A stretch of DNA of 64,000 nucleotides from Eledone cirrhosa (taxonomy: Eukaryota): contig OZ024743.1 of assembly GCA_964016885.1 (NCBI GenBank), positions 220,348,001 through 220,412,000 on the forward strand. The letters run 5' to 3'. The stretch's first letter is position 1; the number at the start of each line of letters is the position of its first letter. Below are positions 40,501 to 55,995 of the stretch, in pieces. Made by a program: the position numbers and the translations under genes. The notes under the pieces are model-generated. The model was not told the origin of the DNA. It saw only the letters and a program-made list of their open reading frames with translations, and ran no database searches.

Positions 40501-42822
40501 GGACCTGGTTACTGGAAGCTAAACGTCATTTCCGGCACTTAAGGCTTACAGGGACCAGGTCAACAATTTAGTTAAGAAAAAGTTGACAGGGTATTCCCAG
40601 TTCTGTGAGCCGGGGCGTAGTGACGCTGATAAGGAAAGACGAGAAGAAGAGGGACACATTAGACAATTTCAGACCCATAACTCTGCTCAACACAGAGTTT
40701 AAGATTTTGGCCAGAGTGTTAGTGAAGAGGTTGGCGCTTGTCGTCGGGGATTTGGTTGGGAAGGCGCAAACCTGCGCAATCCCAACCAGGTCCATACACG
40801 ACAACCTCCACCTAATGCGATACATCATAGAGAGGGTAGGGTGTAAACCTGGCTTCGGTGGGGCTCTGATCAATTTAGATCAATCGAAAGCATTCGATAG
40901 GGTCGACCATCGGTACCTGGACGCTGTCCTCAAGGGTGCTGGTTTCAGCCCCGTCTTCAGAACTGGATCGCTGCAATGCACAGCGGCACCTGCTCGATGG
41001 TCAAAATTAATGGCCACCTCTCGGAACCGTTTCAAGTCTCCCGATCGGTCCCTCAAGGGTGCCCTCTCTCCTCCCTTCTGTACGTATTGACTCTCGAGCC
41101 TTTACTGCGGAAGCTGGAGCTGTTGCAGGGCATCACGCTCGAACCGGGACGCGGCAAGGCTGTGTCGGCTTATGCGGACATCACCGTGATGGTGTCGGAC
41201 ACCTCAGAAATCGAGGTGGTCGGCAACTTATTGGAGGAATATGAAAGGTTGGCGGGAGCAAAACTTAATCCGAAAAAGTCGGTGGGCTTGCAACTCGGCA
41301 CCTGGAGAGGCAAGTCTATGCCGTCCAACAGCGTCGTTAGGCGCTGGACGGACAGACCGGTAAAGTTGCTAGGGGTTTGGTTCGGGCCAGACCTCCAGGT
41401 GGATAAGAATTGGGACGAGGTGACGGAGAGGGTAGCTAGTCTCACCCAGATATGGGCTGGGATAAAGCTATCACTGAAAGGTCGGGCCGAGGTGGCGAAC
41501 GCACACATCGCGTCCGTCATCTACTAGCGTCTGACTGTCGTCCCTTGCCCCCGTTCCCGCCTCGCCATCTTGGAGCGGCTCCTCTTCAAATTCTTGTGGA
41601 GGGGTCAGGTTCCGCTGGTGAGGCGGTCCATCTGCTGCCAGCACCCTCTACGTGGAGGGCTGGGCATGCCGTGGCTAATGATGCGCAGGCACGCGCTGTG
41701 GCTGCGGCATCTCCAGATATTCTGCCTAAACAGTGAACAGGTGTGGTCGCCGTTTGTCAGACGGGCCTTTCCGCAGCTCGTTTCTTTGACTGAGCTGCAG
41801 TCCTGGGTCAAGAAGAGACCGAGACTGGGTGACTGGCATCTGGAATGTTGCCAGGAACTCACTGCCCTCTACCAGGCGGGCAATGTGGTCAGTGGAACTT
41901 CCACTCTCGAGTTCTATAGAGGATTAGTGGTGGGCAAGTGCGACGACGCACTCAGAGAGGCGCTGGGAGTCAACGAAGTCGAACTAACCAGTCTGTACCG
42001 GAGGACTTTCGAGCCGGGGACGATGGATAATTTCCAAAAATCCCTCGCTTGGCAGTGCTACCGGAGGGCACTGCCGGTTAGAGATAAACTCTACAGGCAC
42101 GGAAGTGTAGTCAGCCATACCTGCCCGAAATGCGCGCAGAGCGACGAAACCGTTCTGCACGTACTCGTCCAGTGTCCGTGTGTTACTGACTTGTGGAGTT
42201 ATGTTGAACAGCTGTTGTCGCGTGTAGAACGGATCCGGCTATCGACCGAATCCATAGTGAAGATCGACCCGCCGCCTTCTTTTGGCCAGGACGGGCAGGC
42301 AATTTTCCCCTGTCTGGTGGCAGTAGCGAAAGAGGTTGTATGGTGGACGAGGTTGAAAGGACTGAAGACAGACACTTTTCTCTTCGGCCAATCCCTCATC
42401 AACTTTTTCAAGTTTCACTTGGAAAGGAAGGTGAGGGTGGAGAGAGAAGTGCTGCCCCCCGCCCCAGTACATTTGCTGAAAGGTGGGTGAATGTGGCGAG
42501 AATGGCCCGTATCAGTGGGCCTACTCTGGTCATGCGGCTGTAGGTAGGTAAATTTGAGGAGAGGGGTGCCCTTCCAGGGTGCTCTCGAAGTGTCGGGTCG
42601 TTCAGGACTGGTGTGGTACCTGAGCGAACCCTAGGTGGTCATCCCCCCTATTGGGGAATTTTTTCTTGTTGTAATTTTATTGTTACTTTATTGTTACTTT
42701 GTTATTGTTACTTTGTTATTGTTATTCATATTGTTTACTCGATTCTTCTGTAAAACTCCACTGTCCCAGTCTTTTGTATTATCCCCTATATGTCGGCCCT
42801 TGTGGCCAATAAATGAAATCAT

Positions 42823-42830
<8 letters not shown>
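37561..42830 (+). mobile_element. Tx1/L1-type LINE, full length but inactivated
   Basis: ORF1 from ~37766 (Asn-rich, frameshifted, degenerate CCHC knuckle QCFVSGEKTHLRAFC). ORF2 from ~39784: APE motifs (NVRGL, VSET, GGVAVL, VYAP, GDWN, IDRIF, SDH), RT motifs (FRPITLLNTEFKILA, LDQSKAFDRVDH, QGCPLS, AYAD), C-terminal CPKC..ETVLH..C. AATAAA tail; tcattatta flanks both ends. Confidence 0.92.
39784..42543 (+). pseudogene. LINE ORF2 (APE-RT) with stops, frameshifts and an EN-RT linker deletion
   Basis: ORF pieces 39876-40238, 40239-40433, 40605-41090, 40976-41527 and 41570-42490. Confidence 0.88.
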
Positions 42831-42877
<47 letters not shown>

Positions 42878-43620
42878 ATTGGAATTTCTCAGAACAAGAA
42901 TAAGATTGTGCAATTTTAAATGAGTTCTCAATGTATGATTCTCTGCCTTTCTCTTAGTCCCGTAACTCCTGATGGAGTCCTATGGGCGCCATACTGGCAT
43001 ACGGCGTTTCTTGGGCATTCGAGAGGAGGATAGAAATTAGAAAATGGAAATGAGAAAAAGATATAGAGGACGAATTGACTCCGATACTAGAGTGGTACTT
43101 TTTTTTATTGACCTGGAATGAATGAATGAAAGACAAATGAACTCAGAGAGCGCAGAGAACCAGAACGAAAAGCTCTAATCATTCTATACGACATTCTAAC
43201 GACTCCGCTAATTCGCCGTCAATGCCTGATGATAATTTCAATTTGTACAGAATATATATATATTGTCATGGCGAGTCCTGTAAATAAATTTTAGTTTCAC
43301 CACTAGTAGGTCACCAAAGGGGCCCACAACAATAATACAAATCATTTCAAATAGATGTTTAAGGCCCCACATTTTCGGAAAGGGCATTTTCGATTTATAT
43401 TGACCTCAGGTTATCACTGGTACTTATTAAAACCGATTCAGGAGGCATCCACATCAAGCTCCCTATGTAGCTGACTATTATTTTGCCACAGGAAATCTAT
43501 ATAGAATAAACAGGGAAGGTTACTGTTATGATCACTCTGAAGCTGAATGTATTTCATTAATGGTATTTGTACCGAACATTCAAGATTACACACAAACAGA
43601 CCTGTTACCAATGGCAGCGT

Positions 43621-43663
<43 letters not shown>

Positions 43664-44099
43664 TACTGTCTAAGGGTGCACTCTAAGATTTTAAAAAGCA
43701 GTCATGAAATGCATTCCTTGAAGTCTTGACTTTCTTCTCTAAACAACAATAAAAAAGAATAATCAGAACTGCAATGGTGCAGGCACCACAAGAAGAAAGA
43801 ATGAAAAAGAGAAGGCCAAAACAGCTTAACCTCACATGGAGAAAGGCAGCGCACCGAACACAGAACTAGAGTGACTGGCAACTGCTTGCTGTCCGATTGT
43901 ACTAGAGAAGGCAAATACTAAGTGTGTTTTGCCTTCGTCGGTCATTTGATGAATGGAATAACTTGCTTGAGAACTTAACGTGTAAATTGCTGAGCATTCA
44001 ATGAACACACGTACTCTTAACGTAAATGTCAGCATGACTCTGTGTGGCAAGGTTGATCCTTTCAATTAAAGTCACGTCTCATTATTTTCAACAGAATTA

Positions 44100-44318
44100 G
44101 GGCAGTGGATTGGCAGTATCGGTAGAGAGTCGGACACCATGGTTTGCAGCATAGAGTTACGGCCCTTTCTGATCTGACTTCAAATCCCGCCGATGTTAAC
44201 TTTGCCTTTCATCCTTACGGGGTCGACAAAATAAAGTACCAGTCACGCACTGGGTCGATTTAATCGACTTTCCCCTCGCCCAAATTGCTGGCCTTGTGCT
44301 TATATAAGAAACCATTAT
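44100..44318 (+). mobile_element. Family A SINE (long variant)
   Basis: A/B boxes, central domain and an extra gggtcgatttaatcgactttcccc segment. Confidence 0.85.
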
Positions 44319-45504
44319 GTTCAGCAGAATTGTATAGAGAAACGTGAAATAACGTGCGTTGCTCAAGGATCGTTGCAGACGACGCAAAGATCACGAGCTG
44401 CTCACACTAACCACTAAGCCAAGCACCTTAACACACTGTAAGCAAGTAAGGAAGGAAAAAAAGAAGCAACAATAAAAAAAGTCATACGAAAACTCCAATA
44501 AAAGATATATTTAACGTTGTATTTTTAGTAGATTGTGTCATTTGAAATATTGAATAAATGTAAAGTTTATGTATTTTTCGCATGGCTGCAATACAAGTTG
44601 CGAATTAATTGTATACCGGAGATGTATTGTCAGTTTCATAAAAGATTTAAAATATTATTTACTTAATTATTTCGACTATTATTTATGGTTATGACGTTTC
44701 TCTGTTCACCATGTTTACCGAATTTGAAAAAAGAATCCCACCATAGAAATTTGAACTCACACAAGAGGTTTACGGAACATAAACACTCACACACACATAT
44801 TTATGCAACCAAGACTGCCAATTCACTTAACTTGAGCGTAAATATACCCAGATGAAATCAAAACCAACCAACAATCCAAGCAAAGGTAAACCACACACTT
44901 ACAATCGACCCCAAACACTAAATCCATATCGCCGCTGAAAGATGAGTAAAACCAGACAAGTCCTTCTAACTATGTTTCCATCTCCCGGTAAACCAACTAC
45001 CTACTCGCACTAATCACTGGTATGGGGATGACGGGCATTATCAGACTGCAGCCGCTGTATTACATATTTTCAATATACAACACAGTTTCCGTTCACCAAA
45101 TTTCACTCACAAGGCACTAGTCACCCCGAGGCTATAGTAAATGACAATGGCCCAATGTACCACAGAGTGAAGCTGGACCTGAAACCACGTGGTTGCCAAC
45201 GAACTCGTTAACCGTACAGTCATGCCCACATATATTATATAATGCTAATTAGAATACAGATGATAACAAAAGATAGTCTAGGGCATGAACATCTAATTAG
45301 CGTGTCATTACTTGAGGAATTATTAAAACATTTATAAATACATACACACACTAATCATATCCCCCCACAAACTAATCATATTACACACTCATACACATAC
45401 ACAAGTGAACATACATACATATCTACATACGTACGTACGTACACACGTACATACATAGATAGATTCTTAAGTTCATAGGCACTTACATTCATACATACAT
45501 GCAT

Positions 45505-46418
<914 letters not shown>

Positions 46419-46623
46419 TATTAATTATACTATTTATGGTTATGTAAATACAAAAATCTTTTGCAGTTATATATATTTTTATACAAACCCTAAATAGTGG
46501 TAGGCAGTAATATATTACTACCTTATTACCAGTAAGTTAAGTAGCTCAATGTAAAAACATCAGATGATTTACAGAGCAGTTATATGAATTATAAGAATCA
46601 AAGAACTGTTCAAAACATTTTTA

Positions 46624-46670
46624 TGCTTACACCTGTTTCCTCCAAACCGTGGTTTGGATTCCTCGGAGCA
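46624..46670 (-). ncRNA. Type I HHR, U4C variant
   Basis: Minus: tgct-CCGAGGA-aTCCAAACC ac GGTTTGGAg-GAAA-CAGGTG-TA-agca. Confidence 0.7.
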
Positions 46671-47756
46671 ATTTATCAATGAATGAACACTTATATGACC
46701 TCCTTTTCACCCAAGAGACATACAGATACATATGCAAATATTGTGGGTCAACATTCATTACAGCATTTAGAGTGGCAGTACACACTTAGAGATTACATTC
46801 ATATTAAAAGATACAATAAAAAATACAGGTTAAAATACAACATAAAAATAAGCGGTTATATAGTGTAAAGGTTATATGTGTGGCAAGCACGTGCGTCTTG
46901 TTTATATAGTGTGGCAGAGAGTTACGTGTAGTAGAAGCACTTAAGTAGGTAAACAAGAGTGTTAGGTTGGTTGATCTGGTGACAAATTCTTTATATGATT
47001 GTTATAGTCTGTGTGTGGAGAAATAATATAAGCATTAAAAATAGTGCAAGCATTAAAAATATTAAAAATATTGGAAGTGCGCAGCGAGGGGATGATATGG
47101 ACTTCATGTACTTCGACATTTTCATAGTCTGGGGAGTGTATTTTTCAGATTATATGCCCCTCACATAATCCACGATGATTCGATATTGAGCGTTTGACAA
47201 TCCAGTTAGAGAATCGTAGTCTGATGTTCTTTAGTTCAATACAGGAGGATGTTACGTTTCGAGAATCGACATCGAAATACTACCCGGAAGTGTGTGTGTG
47301 GCTAAGGGGAGTTAATGCATGAGGGGAGGTAACTCCGAGGTTTCTATTACTAACTATTATAATGTGTCTCAAAATAGACCCTAACTTCTATGGTTATGCG
47401 CAATTTCTAAAAGATTTTCAAAAATTTAAAGTGTTTTAACTATAGAGTAGTCTATTAAGTTGTGCTGAAGGTGTTCGTATTATTATGGTGGTTAACCCCC
47501 ATCGTAGAGTGCCACAAATGAATATTACAGGCGACGAGCGAGGATTCTAAATTAATGATCTCTGTGGTTGCAGTCTACTCAAAGGACCAGGCACGGTGAT
47601 TGCAGAATCACTTCAACACACTATGATCTCTGGTAAGCTCTGGGTCATCGCTTGCTACATTGGATGTCGAAAGATAATCATCACCAGGGCCGACCAGAGG
47701 TCAATCCGCAGTCCTCATGAAAAGGAGGTCATATAAGTGTTCATTCATTAATAAAT

Positions 47757-47803
47757 TGCTCCGAAGAATCCAAACCTCGGTTTGAAGGAAACAGTTGTAA
47801 GCA
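47757..47803 (+). ncRNA. Type I HHR, U4C variant
   Basis: tgct-CCGAAGA-aTCCAAACC tc GGTTTGAAg-GAAA-CAGTTG-TA-agca. Confidence 0.7.
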
Positions 47804-47838
47804 TAAAAATGTTTTGAACAGTTCTTTGATTCTTATAA

Positions 47839-47926
<88 letters not shown>

Positions 47927-47939
47927 TACATATATATAT

Positions 47940-48000
<61 letters not shown>

Positions 48001-48019
48001 CATATATACATATATATAT

Positions 48020-48212
<193 letters not shown>

Positions 48213-48249
48213 CATATATATATACATATATATATACATATATATATAC

Positions 48250-48464
<215 letters not shown>

Positions 48465-48475
48465 TATATAAATAC

Positions 48476-48534
<59 letters not shown>

Positions 48535-48714
48535 CGTCAATACTCATTTACGTCAATACTCATCTTTTTCCATTTATCTGAGGGTTCTAAACCCCGTTAT
48601 CAAGCTAAAATTCCTTTAGATAAAAATACGGTGAAAGCTATATATTTTCTAATTTCAAACTCGCTCACTGTTTCAAAACATACTTACTATAAATATATAC
48701 ACATATATATATAT

Positions 48715-48795
<81 letters not shown>

Positions 48796-48889
48796 TATAT
48801 ATATTATATATATATACATATATATACATATATATATACATATATATATATATACATATATATACATATATATATACATATATTTATAT

Positions 48890-49463
48890 TAGAATTGGAG
48901 CTCTGAAATACCAATATATATATGGATGTATATATAATGTATTTTGAAATACACTTTATGCTTAATTAAAAGCATTTTGAAGTCCGTAAGCTATTGTTTT
49001 AAAGTAGTGACAAATTCACTTACTTTGATCTCAGCAAACAGGGGAGATAAGCCGACAAGTCTTGTTTCGCTTTGGTTGAAGCTTATCAAGGCCAACTACC
49101 CCTCCTGTCTACCGAGATCATTGATGTTATATTCTTATAGAAATCTAGTAAATAATCAGGAGCTGATTATGCAGAGCGGTTGTTGGTCAGGCAGAAATTA
49201 GAAATTAGAATTGGAGCTCTGAAATAGCAATAAATATATGGATGTAAATATAATGTATTTTGCAATACACTTTATGCTTAATTAAAAGCATTTTGAAGAC
49301 CGTAAGCTATTGTTTTAAAGTAGTGACAAATTCACTTACTTTGATCTCAGCAAAGCGAAACAAGACTTGTCGGCTTATCTCCCCTATTTTGCCTTGGTTG
49401 CCATTGAAATATATATAATAAATTAAATATGGTTTTATAAATATAGTTTCCATTTATTAATAT

Positions 49464-49466
<3 letters not shown>
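48890..49466 (-). mobile_element. Non-autonomous HHR element, ~317-bp direct repeat with an inverted segment
   Basis: 48890-49038 is repeated at 49207-49354; 49352-49385 is an inverted copy of 49040-49074; (TA)n flanks. Confidence 0.78.
49050..49093 (-). ncRNA. Type I HHR, U3-A8 variant
   Basis: Minus: ggcc-TTGATAA-GCTT caacca AAGC-GAAA-CAAGACTTG-TC-ggct. Confidence 0.82.
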
Positions 49467-49509
<43 letters not shown>

Positions 49510-49513
<4 letters not shown>

Positions 49514-49613
49514 AACGAGTAGGACCCTCGTTCCTATTACCCACTCTACTACCCTAAGTATTGAGTACTTTTGTGCGTTATGGTCCACCTGGTTCCTTAC
49601 CACATTTCCTCCG

Positions 49614-49616
<3 letters not shown>
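49510..49616 (+). mobile_element. Family C element, truncated
   Basis: taggaacgag/ctcgttccta hairpin plus body ending cgtt(AT)n. Confidence 0.75.
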
Positions 49617-49647
<31 letters not shown>

Positions 49648-49884
49648 GTACACATACTCATATACTCATACATACATATATACATAGACAAGCGTACATG
49701 TACACACACAGAGGTGTGAGGTTGAACGTGGCAGGGGGAAGAGAAGAAGAGGAAATAAATAAATTAAGGGAGTAGAAAAGGGGTTGAAAGATAAAACTGA
49801 AAGAATGAATATTGTTGTCAAGTGTTACATTAATTACTAACTTCTTTACTAAAGAGTGCTGAGTAAAGGTAATGAATGGAAGTG

Positions 49885-51385
49885 TTACTACCAGCAGTAA
49901 CACCTGCACTTGAAATAGCAACACTACCAACAACGCCGCCGCCAACGCCACCAGCACTACCACCACCAGCAGTAACACCTTCACGAGCATTAGCAGCACT
50001 ACCAACACCACCACCAGGAATCCCACCACCACCACTACCAGCAGCACTACCAACTCCAGCACCAGCAAAGCACTACCAGCAGCACAACCACCACCACCAC
50101 TACCACCACCACCACCACCACCACCACCAACAGCACTACCAACGCCAGCACCACTACCAGCACAGCACTACCAGCAGCACAGCCACCACCACCACCATCA
50201 CCAGGAACTCCACCACCACCACCACTACCAACAGCACTAACAACTCCAGCACCAGCAAAGCACTACCAGCAGCACAACCACCCCCACCCCCACCACCACC
50301 ACCACCACCACCAGGAACTCCACCACCACCACCACCACTACCAACAGCACTACCAACAGCAGCACCTGCACCCCTACCAGCACAGCACTACCAGCAGCAC
50401 AACCACCACCACCAGCAACTCCACCACCACCAGCACCACTACCAGCACCACTACCAACTCCACCACACCACTACCAGCACAGCACTACCAGCAGCTCTAC
50501 CAACACCAACACCACAAGCACCAGCACCACCAACACTAACACAACCAGCAGCACTACCACCAACACCACTACCACCAACACCACTACCACCAACAACAAC
50601 ACCACCACCAGCACTACCAACACCATCACCACCACCAATAGAAACAACAACACTACTACTAACACCCCCATCAACATTACTAGCATCACCAGCACCACCA
50701 ACAATAACACCACCACCATCATCACCACCACCACCAGCACCACCACCAACAATAATACCACCACCATCATCACCACCACCACCAGCACCACCACCAACAA
50801 TAATACCACCACCATCATCACCACCATCATCACCACCACCACCACCACCAACAACAATAATACCACCACCAACACCACCACCAGCACCACCAACAATAAT
50901 ACCACCACCATCATCACCACCATCATCACCACCACCACCACCACCACCAACAATAACACCACCATCATCACCACCACCACCAGCACCAGCACCACCAACA
51001 ATAACACCATCACCATCATCACCACCAGCACCAGCACCAGCACCACCAACGATAATACCCCCACCATCATCACCACCAGCACCAGCACCACCAACAATAA
51101 CACCACCACCATCATCACCATCACCACCACCACCAGCACCATCATCACCACCACCATCAGCACCACCACCACCAGCACCAGCACCAACACTAACACCACC
51201 AGCCTCACCAGCACCACCATCACCAGCACCACCAACAATAATACCATCACCATCATCACCACCACCACCACCAGCACCACCAACAATAATACCACCACCA
51301 GCACCACCATCACCAGCACCACCACCACCAGCACCAACACTAACACCACCAGCCTCACCAGCACCACCATCACCATTATCAGCAC
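49885..51385. repeat. Degenerate (CAC/CAG/CAA/CAT)n trinucleotide repeat
   Basis: Low-complexity triplet array open in several frames. Confidence 0.9.
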
Positions 51386-51512
51386 CTCTAAGCAAGCAAT
51401 TGGAGAGTGACACAAGTTGAAGAGGCTTCAACAATACACTAACTTAAACAGTACATAAACATCATATGTATATATACACACACACACACACACATATATA
51501 ATATATATATTT

Positions 51513-51627
<115 letters not shown>

Positions 51628-51708
51628 AGTATGAAATGTTCGATTTTCTTATGCAATTTCAATTTGAAACCGTACATTTCATACTTAATGACCTGATATA
51701 TGTTTATA

Positions 51709-51865
51709 CAGGTAAAATTCCGTTATAACGAATACCATTATAACGAAATTTTTCAATCCTTGGCCACACGCTCGATTTGTTAGGTCGATCACGTTATAAA
51801 GAATTTTTCAATACAACGAATTATTTTTTATATCCCGTGAATTTCGTTATAACGGAATTTCACTG
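51709..51865. mobile_element. pogo/Tigger-like MITE
   Basis: TA-CAGGTAAAATTCCGTTATAACGAA ... TTCGTTATAACGGAATTTCACTG-TA. Confidence 0.8.
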
Positions 51866-51906
51866 TATATATATATATATATATATATATCATTACCACG
51901 AAAGCG

Positions 51907-51989
51907 GTCCGACGAGCCATTGATTACAGAGTCGGGCTAGATCGATACAGATCGTACCTTGAGCTGATCAATTGCGAAACGCGCGTTAC
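51907..51989 (+). ncRNA. HHR-like motif, U4C variant with short stem I
   Basis: gt-CCGACGA-GCcATTGAT...ATCAATtGC-GAAA-CGCGCG-TT-ac; ACGCGCGT palindrome. Confidence 0.6.
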
Positions 51990-52034
51990 AAACCAATAAA
52001 CGTAATGAAGGAGTAACCACTCGTCCTTGTTTTA

Positions 52035-52164
<130 letters not shown>

Positions 52165-52183
52165 GTATATGTGTGTATATATA

Positions 52184-52230
<47 letters not shown>

Positions 52231-52384
52231 AAGAATTATCTGATATATGCATAGTTTTATTGTTCTACAATATTACTCACTTTCTACACATATATATATA
52301 GATAAGTTATCCCGGGTTCAATCGGGGGTAACCACAGTAAGTAAGGTACTCAATACAAAGACGAGTATAAATGTTTAATATAGA

Positions 52385-52477
52385 AAAGCTTCTACAGGAC
52401 TAGAACTGTTTCATTCGTGAGAAATCATCAGGAAGCTGATGATTTCTCACGAATGAAACAGTTATAGTCCTGTAGAA

Positions 52478-52482
<5 letters not shown>
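52385..52482. ncRNA. Back-to-back inverted HHR cores (fold-back)
   Basis: CTGATGA-tTTC tcac GAAt-GAAA-CAGTT(C/A)TAG-TC on both strands around a pivot at ~52433; the 5' strand of stem I is truncated. Confidence 0.65.
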
Positions 52483-52558
<76 letters not shown>

Positions 52559-52756
52559 ATATATATATATATATATACATACTTGTTATATGTATGTTAG
52601 TTAATCAACCAACACTACTGCATGCAGGATAGACACTCGTCAAAGTATACATTTAGGTCTGAGTACTCCGGAGTGTACATATAACAGCGATTGTGTAACA
52701 ATCATTACACATTATCATTACACGCTATTACCATTACACATTATCATTACACGCTA

Positions 52757-53232
52757 GGGCGGTGGATTGGCAGTATCGGTAGAGGGTCGGACGCCATACT
52801 TTCCAGCATAGTTACGTCCCTTTACGATCTGAGTTCAAATCCCGCCAAGGTTAACTTTGCCTTTCATCCTTACGGGGTCGATAAAATAAAGTACCAGTAA
52901 TGTACTGGATAATTGCTGGCCTTGTGCCAAATGTAGAAACAATTATTATCATAAAATAGAATAAAGTACCAGTAATGCACTGGGTAATTGCTGGCCTTGT
53001 GCCTAAAGTAGAAACAATTATTATCATAAACGAATGGCGGTGGATTGGCAGTATCGGTAGAGGGTCGGACGCCATGCTTTGTAGCAAAGAGTTACGGCCC
53101 TTTATGATCTGAGTTCAAATCCCGCCGAGGTTAACTTTGCTTTTCATCCTTACGGGGTCGATAAAATAAAGCACCAGTAATACACTGGGATAATTGCTGG
53201 CCTTGTGCCAAAAGTAGAAACAATTATTATCA
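52757..53232 (+). mobile_element. Family A SINE tandem: full copy, duplicated tail, full copy
   Basis: 52757-52955, tail 52961-53030, 53035-53236; each ends aattattatcataaa. Confidence 0.88.
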
Positions 53233-53294
53233 TAAACCACTGTTATCAATAAATGAGGCAAAACTAACCTATTGACTTCTACTTCATTGTTATG

Positions 53295-53407
<113 letters not shown>

Positions 53408-55814
53408 CATTAATATTATCACGCACGCTAGACAAACACTACTGGAATTTCAGAAGGAATACTGGACCAGAAATACATATAGTAATCTATTCGACATTAC
53501 TATGGGCTCTAGTGATTCTGCCCAAATTACCGATCTTGTGGGCCTCTTTCTTCTATTTAACATAAATGCTTCTTTTCCCCACCTTAAAGGTGTTTTATAT
53601 CGTGATGACTGTCTCTTCTTTCCACTAACCTTAGCCTATCAGAAATTGAAAAAAATAAAAAACTTATTAGAACTTTCCTCAGAGACTATTATAGTCTCAC
53701 TATTACATTTGAAAACACCAGTAATATAGTTAATTTCCTTGATATAACTTTAGACTTATCTACGGGTATCTACCAACCTTACCATAAACCTAACCAAAAC
53801 TTACATTACATACACTCACAATCCAATCACCCTAGATCTATTCTTAAAAACCTAGAATATAATATCTCACTCAGAATTTCTAACCTTTCATCTAACCCGG
53901 ATGTATTCGATGAAAATGCGACCTTTTATAAAGAAGCTTTAGCTAGAAGCGGCCACAAAAACAAATTAGTCTATATACCTTGTACCAATAATACTTCAAA
54001 CATACAACCTAATATTACCAACAAACACCAAATGAAAAACACACACCTAAATGCCACTCACACTATACCCAAAAATACCAACTTAAAACTTAATTTCGCT
54101 ACCTCTTCTCACATACAATATAATAACTTTCAAAAAACCATTCATCCTAATACTCCAATATACGTTAATAACATTACTAACAACATTCCTAATAATCAGA
54201 CTAAAACACCTAAATCAGTTAATCTAACTAAACCTATATATAATAAATTCACTAATACTAACTCTCTTAGTAAACATCCTGATACATCGTATAAATATAA
54301 AAAACAACATCGAAACCGTAATAGACGAGTTACTTGGTATAATGCTCCATTTAACCTACAAATTAAAGATAATATCCCTAAAAACTTTTTACTATCCCTG
54401 AGAAAAACTTCCCGCCAAACCATAAATACCATCAAATTGTAAATAGATCAACGGTCAAATTTTCCTACTCCACTACCAAAAATATACAACAATATATAAG
54501 TGCCTACAATGCATATAAATGTAAAAAAAACAAACATGAATATACCACCAACACATCAAACTAACCGTAATACCACCATCGCAACAAACCACCATCTCCT
54601 TCACATATAACAAGTCGAGTAAATTCCACACCAAATTTGACTAACTCCCCTGATATAATATTCACGAATGGTTGTAACTGTAGAAACAAAGGAAATTGCC
54701 CATTAAAAGGAAATTGTCTTATTAATAACAGTATATAAATGTAAAATTAGCACTAAGGACTCAACTTATTCATATATAGGAGCTACTTCTAACCAATTTA
54801 AATTAAGATTTAATACCCACAAACATAGTTTTAAAAATGCCGCATTAGTTAATACAACATCCTTGGCTGAAATAATTAATAATTATAGAAAAAAGAATAT
54901 CGATTATAACCTGACCTGGAGTGTGCCCTTATCAAAATAACAGATATGAGTGTAGATTATGTTCCCAGGAACTTTTTGAAATGATGAAATCTAAGGATAT
55001 CCTATTAAATAAGCGACAAGAATTAATTATATCGTGCAATCATAGAATTAGAAGAACTTTCAAATATTATAAACTTAATTAATATACACCTTACATTTAT
55101 ATTTTACAAATTATCATAATTAGTTTTTTTAATTTAGTTAACCTATAATTAGTATTTTACTACTGAGAACTTCATAATTTTATTTCCCTTTTCCAGCTCT
55201 CTTTTCCTAAAATTAATACCTATAAGTATACATATAAACTATTTTAATTTCCTGTTATGAATCTAAATTCCTTGTAGTCTATATATGTTTGTTATTTCTC
55301 ACTAATACAATTATCCCAAAAGCTTTTTCCTTCGTTTTTAACAACATTCTTTAATAACATCTAACTCTTATTTATCACATCTATATGAATTAATATAAAT
55401 TTATCCCTATAAGTATACCTATCAATTAAATTAATTTAATTTCTTGTTATAGATCTAAATTCCTTGTGTTTTAAATAAGATTGGTATTTCTCACTAACAC
55501 ATTTACCCTTAAATTTTATTCTCCTTCGATTTTAACACTAGCATTATTCTTTAATAACATCAAATTTTCGTGTACCTTTCACCGGCTTGACCTCTTTTCA
55601 TCCCCTAAGTAATCTTTTTATTCAAAGTATTCTTTCCATTCAAAACTTAAGTCTGCATTCCTCTACCCCTAAATTAAATTTCTACTACTACCATTCTATC
55701 AACTTGACCACTTACTACTTTTCTGTTGGTCAATTCAAAACCTGTTCCCAAACAGACCTATTATATTACATCTTTGTTGGTTTTTTTCAATAAACAAATA
55801 TCATTATTTCTGAC

Positions 55815-55995
55815 TTTTCCAGCATAGTTACGTCCCTTTACGATCTGAGTTCAAATCCCGCCGAGGTTAACTTTGCCTTTCATCCTTACGGGGTCGATAA
55901 AATAAAGTACCAGTAATGCACTGGGTAATTGCTGGCCTTGTGCCTAAAGTAGAAACAATTATTTCTGACTTGTGCCTAAAGTAGAAACAATTATT
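55815..55995 (+). mobile_element. 5'-truncated family A SINE inserted in the PLE HHR
   Basis: TSD attatttctga; partial tail duplication. Confidence 0.85.

Larger units (their letters stand above)
46419..47845. mobile_element. PLE remnant with inverted HHR-bearing terminal repeats
   Basis: 46583-46708 is inverted at 47718-47845; the minus strand near 47130-47215 reads as a decayed YRIICGLCEGHII(G) GIY-YIG-like motif. Confidence 0.6.

Noticed and set aside
49876-51434. 514-aa Pro-rich (extensin-like) ORF and antisense Gly/Val-rich ORFs
   Set aside because: Trinucleotide repeat open in several frames on both strands, with no non-repetitive domain or splice evidence.
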